Shown here: one piece after another, positions 13,091 to 25,250 of the stretch
How positions within the stretch are numbered: the first letter of the stretch is position 1
Layout of the letters: each line of letters starts with the position of its first letter
Source of the DNA: Chiloscyllium plagiosum
Lineage: Eukaryota
NCBI RefSeq assembly: GCF_004010195.1
Contig: NC_057719.1
Location: 65,219,866 to 65,272,316 of the forward strand
DNA length: 52,451 nucleotides
Direction of reading: 5' to 3'
Made by a program: the position numbers and the translations under genes
The notes under the pieces: model-generated
Seen by the model: only the letters and a program-made list of their open reading frames with translations
Told to the model about the DNA's origin: nothing
The model's database searches: none

Positions 13091-14129
13091 TTTATTTTCC
13101 AAAACAATACAACAGCTTATAAAAAAGTAATTACTGCTCTGAGAATTCGAGGAAATCACTTCCAACACCTAAAGTTACCTCAAAAAAAGCAACTCTTACA
13201 GCCACAATTTAAGCCCTTTCTGGTTTCTTCTTGCATAGAGAAAGCATGGGTTCAACAAATTTAGTGGTCTTTTTCTGTGCCAGAATCTCCACACATCAAC
13301 ATCAGCCTTTTGGAAACAGTGGCACTAAGATTCAAAAATCATTGTGAAATACTTTTCAGAGCATTTCTATACTCTGAGACAATCAGTCTTTACAGGGATT
13401 CATTTCCTCTGAGACAGGCTATCAAACATTCTTCAAACTGAGGCCAGATGAAATAATGTCACAAATTCCTTTGCAGAATTTCCACTTTATCTGTCCAACA
13501 CCTCTTGTGCTAATACATCCTGGCTTATACAGCAGGAGACTTATACTTTAAACTTGGGAAAACTATTTCTGTTCTTAACTGGGGACTTTTGCCCTAATTC
13601 TGAAGTGACCGAAGAGTAAACATACAAACTGTTTGTCCAGAATGTTTCGCACCACCATTGTTCATAATCTCTCCAAAAATATCGTTGTACTTTGGTTTAG
13701 AAATTAGCTCTTGTGAGATTGGCCTGGAGATGTACGAAAGTTTCCAACTATCTGTAGAACAAGTGGCAGAACAAGTACCTTTCACATCCAAATTTGGCTA
13801 GTCAAATGTTTCAAAAACAAATATCTGTAGAATTCACCCAAAATTCACCGATTGCACAACAGTCATCAACCAGTGTCTGTCACAAAACTGACTCAGCTTT
13901 GTTAGTGAGTTACCCAATATCTGTTCTGACAGCGAGATACATTAGCTCAACTATTTACGCATTCCAAGAGTTAGCCTAATACCAGCACACAGTGTTAACT
14001 ATGCAGTTAGTCATGCATCAGTAGCCTTCTCCTGTGAAGGCGTGGCTTACAATTTAGCTCCTACCACAGCTCCATGTAGCCAAGTTCTGAGCTCCATCCA
14101 GCATCTGTGTTTCTTAATGATTAGTGTGC

Positions 14130-14290
14130 CCACCACCAAGACCCTTTGAATTGGTGTGTACTGGAAAGATTTAAGTATTGATGCTCTACATTTTTGGCTA
14201 TCCTTATACACAAACTTGCCTTGGAAATCAGGTACTGGAGTGGGAATTGAACCTGGAGCTTCTGTCTCAGAGGCTGGGATAGTACCACCA
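14130..14290 (-). mobile_element. Old tRNA-derived SINE head
   Basis: ggagtgggaattgaacctgg..ctgtctcagagg is the reverse complement of a B-box-containing tRNA-like head. Confidence 0.5.
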
Positions 14291-14763
14291 TCAGGCTAAT
14301 ACAAAAAAAACCTACAATTTTAAAAATCAGATTTCCTTTCTCTTGATAGAACTAATTCACTTGTTAAAAAATATGATTATACAGTTTTCAGCAGCAGTAA
14401 TAATTATTTTCATAGATCTGGTGTACATGAATAATGATTACTTTTGATAATCTCGGCACACATACAGGTTGTGTGTTTGATGTGAAAACATCTACTTAAT
14501 GTAATTTACATTACTAGAAAAAAAAATCATTTATCCTTTTATATGAAAATCCTAGGACTGCTCTTGCAATTCTCACTTTAGAATAGGATATTCTCTGACC
14601 TGGTCTGTACAATTATTAGGTACACTGAAGTGGAGTTAGTAGTTCCTCATTATTTGGGTTAAAGTGATCTAAGGGTTGAAACTCTTCTTGCTAATTTTAC
14701 TAAGACACTCATTGAATACAAAATGTGAATAGAGTCATAAAGTGATAGAAGTCCACAGCTCAG

Positions 14764-15060
14764 TGGTTAGCCTAAGGCAGCATGGTGACTCAGTGGTTAG
14801 CACTGCTGCCTCACACCACCAGGGACCCAAGTTCGATTCCAGCCTGGGGCGACTGTCTGTGTGGAGTTTGCACGTTCTCCCTATGTCTGTGCAGGTTTCC
14901 TCCCACAATCCATAGATGTGCAGGTCAGGCTATGCTAAATTGCCCATAGTGTTTGGTGCATTAGTTAGAGAGAAACGGGTCTGGGTGGGCTACTCTTCGG
15001 AGGGTTGGTGTGGACTTGTTGGGCCAAAGGGCCTGTTTCCACACTGTAGGGAATCTAATT
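14764..15060 (+). mobile_element. HE1-type SINE inserted in the CR1 tail
   Basis: Full head (ggcagcatggtgactcagtggttagcactgctgcc); 7-bp TSD agctcag at 14757-14763 and 15061-15067. Confidence 0.9.
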
Positions 15061-16826
15061 AGCTCAGAAAAAGGGCCATTGTCCTATCAAGGCTATACTG
15101 GTTTAAAACAGCCACCCAAGCATTCTGATCCCATTTTCCGGCCCTTGGTCTTGGTGTGCCTTGGCATCGCAAGTGTACATTTAAATACTTCTTAAATGTT
15201 CTGAGGATTTCTGTTTCTACCACTCAAACAGGCAGTGAGTTTCAGAATCAGTCCCCCCTCAGGATGAAAGAAGTATTACCTCAAATCCCCTCGAAACCTC
15301 CTGCTTACTTTAAATCTGTGCTCTCTGGTCATTGACACCTCCAGCAAGGTGAAAAGTTTCTTCCTGTCTATGTCCCTCATAATTATATACATCTCAATCA
15401 TGTCCCTCTCAATATCCTTGTTCCAAGGATAACAACCTCAGTCTATCCAATTTCTCCTCATAACTGTAAATCTCCAGCCCGGGCAGCACCCTGTTCAATT
15501 TCGTCTGCACCCTTTCTAATGCTATTAAATACCTGCTGGATTCCAGAACTGTAATATTCTAGCGGTTGGCTACCCAAGTTTTTATATGTTTTTAGCAGAA
15601 ACTTCCTGCTCTTAAAATCTATGCCTCAGCTAATAAAGGCATTTAAGCCTTCCTAACTCATTTATCTATCTGTTCTGTTACCGTAAGGGGAGTAGACATG
15701 ACCATCAAGGTCCCTCTGATGCTTGGTGCTTCCCAGGGTCATATTGTTCTTGTCTTGTTTGTCCTGTCAAAGTGCATCGCCTTGCACTTAACCAGATTGA
15801 ATTCCATTTACCATTGATCAACGAATCTGTTCTGTGTCTATTTCCTCCAGTGATTTAAGGTTATCCTTCTCACTATTTACTATTCCATCAATTTTTGTGT
15901 CATCTGCGAACTTACTGATCAACCTTCCTATATTCAAGTCTAAATACTTATACTTTTCACAAACAGCAAGAGCCTCAACACTGATTCCTGTGAAACTCAT
16001 TGGACATTAATGTCCAGTCACAAAAACACCCCTTGACCATTACCCTTGGCTTCCTCACTCTCAGTCAATTCTGGATCCAATTAGCCAGATTTTCTTGGAT
16101 CCCTTGGGCTCTTACCTATGCTGTCTGTCTCTCATGCAGGTCATTATCAAAAATCTTGCTAGTGTCCAACTGGACTATGTCAAATGCACTGTCCTCATCT
16201 ACACACCAGGTTACCTCTTTGGAAAAGTTCAGTCAAGTTGGCCAGGCATGATCTCCTTTTAACAAAACCATGTTTACTGTTTTTGATTAATCCCTGCCTC
16301 CACAAGTGCAGATTGATTCTGTCCCTCAGAGCTACCACTAAAGTTAGACTGACTGACTTCCTATGTTATCCCTTGCTATCTTTTTGATAACATTGTCACA
16401 TTTGGCTGTCCTCCAATTCTCTGGAAGCTCTCCTGTAGTCAGAGAGGAACTGACAATTATTGCTAGTGCCCCTACAATTTCCTCCCTTGCCTCACTTGAT
16501 AACCTAGGATGCATTTCAACCAGTCCTGGTTGTTTATCTATTTTTAAGCCTGCTTTACCACTCAGAACCCCCTCTCTATCTATGCTGGCTTTTAAAAGTA
16601 TATCTCAATCTTTCTCCTTGATTTCTGTACTCACATCATCCCTCTCAATCGTGAACGTTGACACAAAGTGTTTACAGTGTATTTAGAATCCTACCTATGT
16701 GCTCTGGCTCCCCACACTAATAACTACTGTGGTCCTCAATTCAGAGATGCCGGTGTTGGGTTGGGGTGTACAAAGTTAAAAATCACACAACACCAGGTTA
16801 TAATCCAACAGGTTTAATTGGAAGCA

Positions 16827-16861
16827 CACTAGCTTTCGGAGCAACGCTCCTTCATCAGGTG
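16827..16861 (-). ncRNA. Minimal type-I hammerhead ribozyme, family B
   Basis: Reverse complement cac-CTGATGA-aggagc gtt gctcc-GAAA-gc-TA-gtg: intact core, 5-bp stem II, palindromic AGCT stem III, cac/gtg stem I. Confidence 0.8.
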
Positions 16862-17371
16862 ATTGTGGAGGTCTCGATCGTAACACAGAATTTATAGCAA
16901 AAATTTGCAGTGTGATGTACATTCACACACACAGACAGACAAAGACCCACATGCACACATATATTTTGTGTGGTGAATTTGTTTGGTACTTTCAGAGTTA
17001 CATTGCACTTTGCTCAAAAACTACATACATTCATGTAGAACTCTGAGCTCAAAAACTGCATGAATTTATGTAAAACTCTGTTATCTCACTTTTTAGATTG
17101 GAATCAATCTAAACATCAGGTCACGGACAGAGAACACAGGGGGCTAACACCTTCAACATATTGTCTAGCTCACCATTATTAACAGCTAACCCGAGAATGC
17201 AACTTTTAAAAAAAGGGTTTTGTGATTTACACATGAAAGAAGTGAAACTATCACTGTATTCTAACAGATGAAAGGCTTAACAGACAATCAATTCTTCAAT
17301 GTATAATTTCAGTTACATGACACTGCAAATTTTTGCTATAAATTCTGTGTTACGATCGAGACCTCCACAAT

Positions 17372-17406
17372 CATCTGATGAAGGAGCGTCGCTCCGAAAG
17401 CTAGTG
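17372..17406 (+). ncRNA. Minimal type-I hammerhead ribozyme, family B
   Basis: cat-CTGATGA-aggagc gtc gctcc-GAAA-gc-TA-gtg; predicted cleavage after CUA at 17403. Confidence 0.8.
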
Positions 17407-18834
17407 TGCTTCCAATTAAACCTGTTGGACTATAACCTGGTGTTGTGTGATTTTTAACGTGGTCCTCAATGGGCTCTACTCTTTCCCTATTTATCTCTTT
17501 ATCCTAATGCACTTGTAAAATAACTTAGGATTTTACTTTATTTTACGTGTCACTATTCTTCCGTTCCTCCTCTTTGCTCCGCTAATCTCCATTTGAAGTT
17601 TCTCCTTGCATATTCTGCACTCCCCTAGAGCTTTCTACTCAAGAAACCTCTTTGCCAAAATTATCTATGAGTCAGGTAGCTTATCATAGAAGTTGATCAT
17701 TTGCCTTCTTGCAACGGGCTGGTCTAGGCGGACACTGCAGTCAGCTTACTAACTTTATGACAATTTTGTTCAGGCCTTGAAGGTGAATTTATGGCGTTTG
17801 AAAATGCTGACAATTGTTAAACATTATATCTTCTTAAAATATTTAAAATAAATTTGTGACATCACTTCAGAATGGAAAATTTATATCACTGGTGAAATCT
17901 AAGATGGAAAGCAATCTAACTGAAAGCAGCCTTTTGATATTTGACCATTTTTTATTCAAAACAAGCCAACAAAAACATATTTATTTGTTGCATTTGATGA
18001 CATGTTACCGTAAAAGGTCTGGGGAAGTCTGCCAAGCTGAGAGATTCCCAACCTGGTTGAGAATCATGGTTAATGAGCCTTTTGTTGGTTTGACAAAGGG
18101 CTTATCTTATCGCAGGCAAATCAAAATTTATGGGCACATTCACATTCACAGTCAAAATGTAAAACAAAAGGAAAGGTTATCTTCACTCCTTACTAATTTG
18201 AAAACAGATTCAAGTACTACATTAAGATACATTTGTTTCCTTTTTTTGAGAAGGAAGTTTTTTGTGGAGACATGTACATTACAAATTTTGGTAGCTTCTT
18301 CTATTGACAAACTGTTTCTTTCATATATTTTTCAGGAAGTCTGTCACTTTGAAATTAAATGTCCAATTCTGACTGCAAGAATTGAGTTATGCGTGTTATG
18401 CCTGTGCGTTTAGTATTCGCGGCATTGTGGAAGAGACAGAGGTTAGACAACCACAAGAAGAAGTTGCTTAATTTAACCTATTGTGGATTGATCAATGCAT
18501 GTTACAGCATAATATTTTGCTTGCTGACGTAAGTGGAAAGGCACAATTCTACACTTCTCTTGCAGCCTATTTAAAGCTTTGTAAGTGGTTATTTGAAAAA
18601 GAAACTGGGTAAATTACTTCAAAAGATCAATTAATAAGCAATTTCTAATTCTGACAGTGGTTATCATTTAAATTTAACATAATGGAGATGAAAGTGTAGG
18701 CTCTATCAGGACAGAGCGTGATCGAGGCCTTAAAGGCAGCAGGCAACAATCAGGAAGTGCTGTCTGACTCCATGTTGTGATGGCTTGACAGAGCATGGAG
18801 ATAAATACGGGAAGGTAGTGTGTGTGTGTATTTT

Positions 18835-19043
18835 AGGAGAAAGTGAGGACTGCAGATGCTGGAGATCAGAGCTGAAAAATGTGTTGCTGGAAAAGCGCAG
18901 CAGGTCAGGCAGCATCCAAGGAGCAGGAGAATTGACGTTTCGGGCATAAGCCTGAAGAAGGGCTTATGCTCGAAACGTCGATTCTCCTGCTCCTTGGATG
19001 CTGCCTGACCTGCTGCGCTTTTCCAGCAACACATTTTTCAGCT
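18835..19043. mobile_element. Family-A fold-back mini-PLE (209 bp)
   Basis: Near-perfect inverted arms around the HHR; 35-nt tail 18835-18869 on the left only; 12/13 TSD at 18822-18834 and 19044-19056. Confidence 0.9.
18952..18979 (+). ncRNA. Minimal hammerhead ribozyme core, family A
   Basis: CTGAAGA-agggc ttat gctc-GAAA-cg-TC; GUC cleavage triplet; the 5' strand of stem I is lost at the fold-back junction. Confidence 0.7.
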
Positions 19044-19654
19044 GTGTGTATATTTTGTTTGTGTTTCATGTACCTATTGTTGCCTTTGCTGCATGGTCCT
19101 GTATAACTTCGCTTTTGTTTTGGCTTTTACTCTTATTGGTTCTTTCCTTCAATATTTTTTGAAGGCTTTTGTTTTTAATGTCACACACTTGAATGGGTTC
19201 CTTTAAGGGTTTTGGTTAAATTTGCTTTTTATTGTCACATGTACCGCGATACAGTTTTGCATGCTATCCAGACAAATCATAACATTTCATAAGCACATCA
19301 GGATAATAGAACAGAATGTAGTGTTACAGCTACAGAGACGTTGCAGAGAAGGGTCAATTCTAAAAATGACTGCACTGAAGAATTTTATGAGGGAAAATAA
19401 TTCAGGGATGGGTGAAAAATGTTGTTGCAATAATATCTGAGGGGTTTTCCCACATCTTTAAGATCAGTACGTGAATTTGTTATTGCTTTCCTCCACAGTT
19501 GTTCTCCTCAAATACTTTGACAGAGCTAAGTGAAATCCTGCACAATGATCTGTCCACAGGATCTGAATCAGGAACAAGTGCAATATGCAGAATATGCAGA
19601 AGTCAGTTAACCATGACACACATTTAGTACTACCAGATTCTTTCAAAACAAGAA

Positions 19655-20015
19655 TGAAAAGCCTGCATTTGTGTAATGGTCTTCATGATTATTGGAGAAT
19701 GTCTCAAAGTCCTTTACACCCAATGTAGTGCTCTTTGAGGTTTAGTCATTTTGTACTATAGGAAACTTGACAACCAAGTTGTGCTGAACAAGCTTTCACA
19801 AACAGGAATATGATCATGACCAGATGTTTGTTTTGAAATTGACTGAAGAATACATACCGACCAGGTCACCAGGGATAATGCACCTACACTTTGATTTCGA
19901 TCTGAGCAGGCAAATAGAGCCTTGGTGCAAAGTCTCAAAAGAAAGATCAGTGTATCCCGTGCACTGCTCTGGAATGTCAGTCTAGATGTTTTGAGTTCAA
20001 CCCTGGAATAAACCA
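19655..20015 (-). mobile_element. SacSINE1/DeuSINE-type SINE, decayed
   Basis: cctgcatttgtgtaa...tctcaaagtcctttacacccaatg...atgaccagat...ggaatgtcagtctagat. Confidence 0.65.
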
Positions 20016-20362
20016 CAACAAGGAATATTTATGTTATCAAGGTTATCAACCAAATGGCAATTATTATATTTGTAAGAAGATGCTATTTTCATTATTTTCA
20101 CTATGGAAGGCAATACAGCTGAGTGTTTAGATCAGTCAGCTATTGTGAATGGAGAAAATTTGGATTTGAATTACATTCTGGGGCATGCTCATGTGATTGT
20201 GCATTTACAGGAAACATGAAGTCTTCATTGTGTTGTGTTGAAATGTGTTCACATGATTAAAAAGATTTTGGGAATATGCATTACAACTGACATCATGCAC
20301 CTTAGCATCTGCTGGTTGTTTCTTAACTGTTTTCTCTACAATTCCAGGATACGGTACTTCAC

Positions 20363-21609
20363 AGGAGAAAGTGAGGACTGCAGATGCTGGAGATCAGAGC
20401 TGAAAATGTGTTCCTGGAAAAGGGAGGGAGGAGTCTGAGACGGTCTGCCTCGTGCTCCCACAAGGAGGTTGAACAGTTCATCCACTTTACCAACACTTTC
20501 CACCCCGACCTCAAATTTACCTGGACGTCTCAGACTCCTCCCTCCCCTTCCTAGACCTCTCCATTTCTATCTTGGGCGACCGAATCAACACAGACATTTA
20601 CTATAAACCAACCAACTCCCACAGCTACCTAGACTACACCTCCTCCCACCCTGCCCCTTGTAAAAACGCCATCCCATATTACCAAATCCTTTGTCTCCGC
20701 CACATCTGCTCCCAGGAGGACCAGTTCCAATACCGAACAACCCAGATGGCCTCCTTCTTCAAAGACTGCAATTTCCCCCCAGACGTGATCGACGATGCTC
20801 TCCACCCCATGTCCTCCACTTCNNNNNNNNNNNNNNNNNNNNNNNNNNNNNNNNNNNNNNNNNNNNNNNNNNNNNNNNNNNNNNNNNNNNNNNNNNNNNN
20901 NNNNNNNNNNNNNNNNNNNNNNNNNNNNNNNNNNNNNNNNNNNNNNNNNNNNNNNNNNNNNNNNNNNNNNNNNNNNNNNNNNNNNNNNNNNNNNNNNNNN
21001 NNNNNNNNNNNNNNNNNNNNNNNNNNNNNNNNNNNNNNNNNNNNNNNNNNNNNNNNNNNNNNNNNNNNNNNNNNNNNNNNNNNNNNNNNNNNNNNNNNNN
21101 NNNNNNNNNNNNNNNNNNNNNNNNNNNNNNNNNNNNNNNNNNNNNNNNNNNNNNNNNNNNNNNNNNNNNNNNNNNNNNNNNNNNNNNNNNNNNNNNNNNN
21201 NNNNNNNNNNNNNNNNNNNNNNNNNNNNNNNNNNNNNNNNNNNNNNNNNNNNNNNNNNNNNNNNNNNNNNNNNNNNNNNNNNNNNNNNNNNNNNNNNNNN
21301 NNNNNNNNNNNNNNNNNNNNNNNNNNNNNNNNNNNNNNNNNNNNNNNNNNNNNNNNNNNNNNNNNNNNNNNNNNNNNNNNNNNNNNNNNNNNNNNNNNNN
21401 NCTCCGGCCTATCACCCTCACCTTAACCTCCTTCCACCTATCGCATTTTCAATGCCCCTCCCCCAAGTCCCTCCTTCCTACCTTTTATCTTAGCCTGCTT
21501 GGCACACTTTCCTCATTCCTGAAGAAGGGCTCATGCCCGAAATGTCGATTCTCCTGCTCCTTGGATGCTGCCTGACCTGCTGCGCTTTTCCAGTAACACA
21601 TTTTCAGCT
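20363..21609 (+). mobile_element. Truncated PLE (RT thumb region, gap, terminal repeat) with inverted 5' end
   Basis: ORF text TDIYYKPTNSHSYLDYTSSHP..CKNAIPY..Q is a PLE RT/thumb motif; 11/13 TSD at 20350-20362 and 21609-21621. Confidence 0.9.
21515..21550 (+). ncRNA. Minimal hammerhead ribozyme, family A
   Basis: attc-CTGAAGA-agggc tcat gccc-GAAA-tg-TC-gatt (CpG decay in loop III). Confidence 0.7.
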
Positions 21610-21704
21610 ATGGCACTTCACACTCAAGCACAAACAGTATGTGCCAACGAGCAATGGAAATGTATAGTATGTCAAATGGTAGTCACAATTTATGTTTTGT
21701 TAGC

Positions 21705-22170
21705 TATGGTTAGCGAGTATGCTCACCTCTGATTCACAGCCCGGTGCGTTCAAGTCCGACTTCAGAGTTTGAGCTCAACAAATTCAGGCTGACACTCCAC
21801 AGCAGGACATACAGAGTGCTGCATTGTTTGATATGCCATCTTCCAGACGTGACATTAAATCGAGGTCTTGCCTGCCGTAACAGCTCCCATGGTACTATAT
21901 AGAATAAAGTTGAGAGTGTGGTGCTGGAAAAGCACAGCAGATCAGGCAACATCTGCGGAACAAGAGAATCGACGTTTTAGGCATAAGCCCTTCATCAGGA
22001 CACTGATGCCTGAAACATCGACTCTCCTGCTCCTCAAATGCTGCCTGACCGGCTGTGCTTTTCCAGCATCACACTCAACTCTGATCTCCAGCATCTGCAG
22101 TCCTCACTTTCTCCTTTATCGAATAAAGACAAGGGATTTATCCCTACGTCATGGCCAGTACTTATCCTGC
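21705..22170 (+). mobile_element. SacSINE1/DeuSINE-type SINE interrupted by a mini-PLE
   Basis: Head cctctgattcacag..gttcaagtccgacttcagag..aggctgacactcca; Deu-like cccatggtactat...tggccagtacttatcc continues across the insertion. Confidence 0.75.
21910..22115. mobile_element. Family-A fold-back mini-PLE with decayed minus-strand HHR
   Basis: Inverted arms; 35-nt tail at 22081-22115; 11/12 TSD tatagaataaag / tatcgaataaag at 21898-21909 and 22117-22128. Confidence 0.9.
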
Positions 22171-22779
22171 AGTCACTGCCTATGGTTACACACCGGTTGG
22201 ACATTGAGATAGCTGAAGCCTTTGAGTTCTGGTACAAAGCTGAATTGATGTATGGAATTCACAATATCTGCTGTCACTGGCACTGTGCATCTTCAAGACA
22301 TCTGCAATTCCGGAGAAGTTGTGTGCTCATTCTGCCTGCTTGACTCTGGAAACTGGTGTATGTTTTGTGTTTTGCTCTCTATAAATAGAGTCTCCCTTGC
22401 CCCACAACTGTGAGAAATTGCAATTATCTCTAGCTCCATCCTAGAACCAAATGCATTAAACACTTTGAAAGTTGTTGGTGATATTGTCTTTGTCCTGCTC
22501 TCAGGGAGTACTTGTGGCAGCAGCTTGTTCAAATCTCAGTGAGACTATTCAAGTAATAAAATTCACTGAAGTTCAGGCAGGACAACTGCCCCTGAACAAC
22601 CTGGGCACTTATGGCCTCCTGATAAGATCCCTTCTCCTTCTTTTTCTGCTCTTCCTGTTCTGTATCAACTCTGATTACCTAAAAGGGTTTACATGTTGCA
22701 TTCCAAGGGGACTTCTTAGAACATCACCTATGCATGCAATGGTTGGTTTGTGCAGAAGCCTCAATGTCTAGTTGTATCG

Positions 22780-23400
22780 CAACTGCCTCACCACTCTCTG
22801 TTGGGAGTTTCAGCCTTTCTGCTGTTCACAGCCTCAACAATTGCCATTCTAATACTCAACACTGTGTCCTCTTTGGGAATTAGGACATTTCGCTATTGCT
22901 ATCACCCATCAGGTTAATATCTATTGCCTCCTTCAGGAGAATGGGAAGAAAGACAGTGAGTGGCTGACGAGGCCTTCATCGTGCAAGCTGCAAGATATGC
23001 TTCTGATGCTTGCAGCAGCGCTAAATGTGTGAAAGTGAGATGTTAGGTATGAATGATAATTAACCTAGATTGTTAGTATATGACTGACTGACTGACTGAT
23101 GTGGGGCCAATGAATTGAGTAGTGAGTGAGGCTGATAGTGCAGTTAGTAAAATATGCCTTTTGACATGCATTCACTGACCTTGGCAATTTGTATGAGGAC
23201 ATTGAACTCCTTACAGCAGTGACCCCTGCCTATGGTTTCCATGCCTGTCTGCTCTCACGACTTTTGACTGTGTGTCTTGCCTGAAGGGTATCCTGCCCAC
23301 CATTGCCCACATTTTCAGATAGAGGAATTGTTTATTTTCCACCTCCTCCATCATGGTCTCCCATACAGTACTGGAAACCTTGGGGCCTTCTGTCTGCCAC
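22780..23400 (-). mobile_element. PIF/Harbinger Myb/SANT DNA-binding ORF relic
   Basis: Minus-strand fragments GPKVSSTVWETMMEEVENK, CCKEFNVLIQIAK followed by gtcagt (donor-like), and VLIPKEDTVLSI..VEAV; these resemble the Myb/SANT-like 'P.FS..LE.LVEEV...QC.KKFNDL...K...LTP.EE.VL' pattern. Confidence 0.55.
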
Positions 23401-24279
23401 ACTCTGTCATTTTTCACCAAGACCTCCTGCATAATCCTCCATTCACAGTATACCTCCCTTTAAGAAGTGCTGGCTAGCTTTTAAGTGTTGCAAACTGTTA
23501 CTATTTTGGGATCTCACTGATGCATGCAGCCAATAAACAGCAGGTTTTAGTGTTGGCTTCATGCGACCTTCAACAAATATACAGGGAGCACAAAGTTGGC
23601 TTGTTGCCTCCATTACATTGAATGGGTGTGAATTAATTGTGTCGTAATTCCTATTCCCATTTTTGGGAGTTGCTTAGTATTGATTCCTCAATAGCCCCCT
23701 CCTCCAGCAACTACCTAAAGTACCCAGAAGGGGCTATAGTGGCACAGCAATAATGTCAACACCTCTAAAATAGGAGGCCCACCCACGCCAGCGATGTCTA
23801 ATAATTTCACTGAACAGGATGATTGAAAATATCTAAAGTTCCCAGCAGTTTGAAACAAATCTTGGTGAATAGGAGCAGCTCTGTTGATATTACAATTTGA
23901 TTTAAAAGTTCTACTTGAGGCGATAATTGAGCAAGAGAACATTGGTTGGCAAAGCTGACTGTATGACACAGAAGCATTTGGATACTGACCTTATTTGAAT
24001 AATTTAAAAGCACTTAAAACACACACAAGTTTTGAACTGCTGACTAATGATTGAAGAAGCAAAGACAATGCGGAACTATGTTTCACCAAAGCTGGGAAGC
24101 TGAATGGAGATTTTGTAAATTACTTGGGAAAAGATATTTTTGGTTAAGTTGTTGACTTAAGAACAATTTCAGACAACATCAAGGGACTACAGGTTGCCAG
24201 AGACTGAGCTCTTCAAGTTGAAAATATTGCTCCATCAATTAAATTTGAGGTTCTTCCTAGAAAATCCAGCTGATTAAAA

Positions 24280-24450
24280 AAAGCTGGAAATATTCTGCAG
24301 ATCGGACAGAAAATGTAGGAAAAACAGGAGTCACTCACCATTTCAGCTCCTCAAATGCCTCCTCAGATCCAAAGGTTATAAAGCCCAAAACATCAAGTAA
24401 CTTCAATTTGAAGATGCTGCCTGGTTTGCTGAGCATTTCAGCATTTGCAA
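24280..24450. mobile_element. Ancient PLE terminal-repeat fold-back relic
   Basis: aagctggaaatattctgcagatc on the left and agatgctgcctggtttgctgagcatttcagcattt on the right are degenerate inverted arms. Confidence 0.45.
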
Positions 24451-24609
24451 TATGTTAGGTTTGTTTTGGTATAGTGCTTGTATTTTGTTATCCTTATTTT
24501 GTGTAGGAAACCTTTATTCCTCATAATGCTGCAGTTGATCTGTTAATAGCACATATGTGGAAATTAATTTTTAAAAATTATATTTATATTGTGTCTTTAA
24601 ATTAATAAA

Positions 24610-25250
24610 ATATCCCAAGGTGCTCCACAAGCGGACTACATCGAACCACATGTGATAATGGTCAGATAACTGAAAGCTTGGTCATTGAGATAGGTTTTAA
24701 GGTGGACTTTAGAGATAGAGAAGAGTAAAGAGTGAATTTTTTACCTCCAGGGTTAAGGACCTAGCACAGTCACCAGTTTTGCAACAATAAAATTGGTGAC
24801 ACTGAAGAACCCAGAATTCAATGAATGTGGATATCTCAGAAGAGATTACAGAGACATGAGGGGTGAGACCACAGAGGGACTTGAAACAAGGATAAGTATT
24901 TCAAAAACAAGACATTGGCTCCTAGTGAAGGAATACAAGTCAGTGAACTTGGAGGCATTAAAACAATGAAACTTTGAAAACACAGAGAGCAGAGGACAGT
25001 ATACTTCTCAATGATTAACTGAAGAATAGCAAATGTTGGACCTCCAAAGACAGACAAAATGTGATGAACAGAAGAGAATTCATTCTTCCAATAGGTGTGG
25101 AGGGATGTCCCAAGCATGGACAGACTGAAAAAGAATATGTAATCAGCCTGTTTGGACTTGATAAATCCTTAGGGCAGATGGATGTTAAACCTCAAGCTTC
25201 TAGAATAGACACAGGGAAACTACAGCTACAGCACAACATCCCTCGGAAAG
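24610..25250. mobile_element. Old LINE relics (L2-like, then CR1-like)
   Basis: tcccaaggtgctccaca...aaagcttggtcattgagataggttttaagg; later a decayed KS.G.D motif (gataaatccttagggcagatgga). Confidence 0.4.

Larger units (their letters stand above)
16741..17458 (+). mobile_element. Family-B non-autonomous PLE derivative with ~145-bp inverted arms, each carrying an HHR
   Basis: Perfect 12-bp TSD gtggtcctcaat at 16729-16740 and 17459-17470; arms 16775-16919 and 17314-17458; body homologous to the 3' UTR of the GIY-YIG element at 38385-38888. Confidence 0.9.
14730..17640 (-). mobile_element. CR1 LINE, interrupted by an HE1 SINE and a family-B PLE derivative
   Basis: ORF text LISKFADDTKIDG; continuous CR1 homology on both sides of each insertion; tail at ~14730. 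Confidence 0.9.

Noticed and set aside
17856..18413. 185-aa ORF
   Set aside because: Non-ATG start, no recognisable domain and AT-rich non-coding composition.
18835..19043. Reading the fold-back elements as DNA-transposon MITEs or miRNA hairpins
   Set aside because: The arms are asymmetric, the TSD length varies, and the sequence matches the termini of RT/GIY-YIG elements in this window.
20572..21575. Long ORFs of 220-294 aa
   Set aside because: Their length comes from N-runs; only the short PLE RT part is real.
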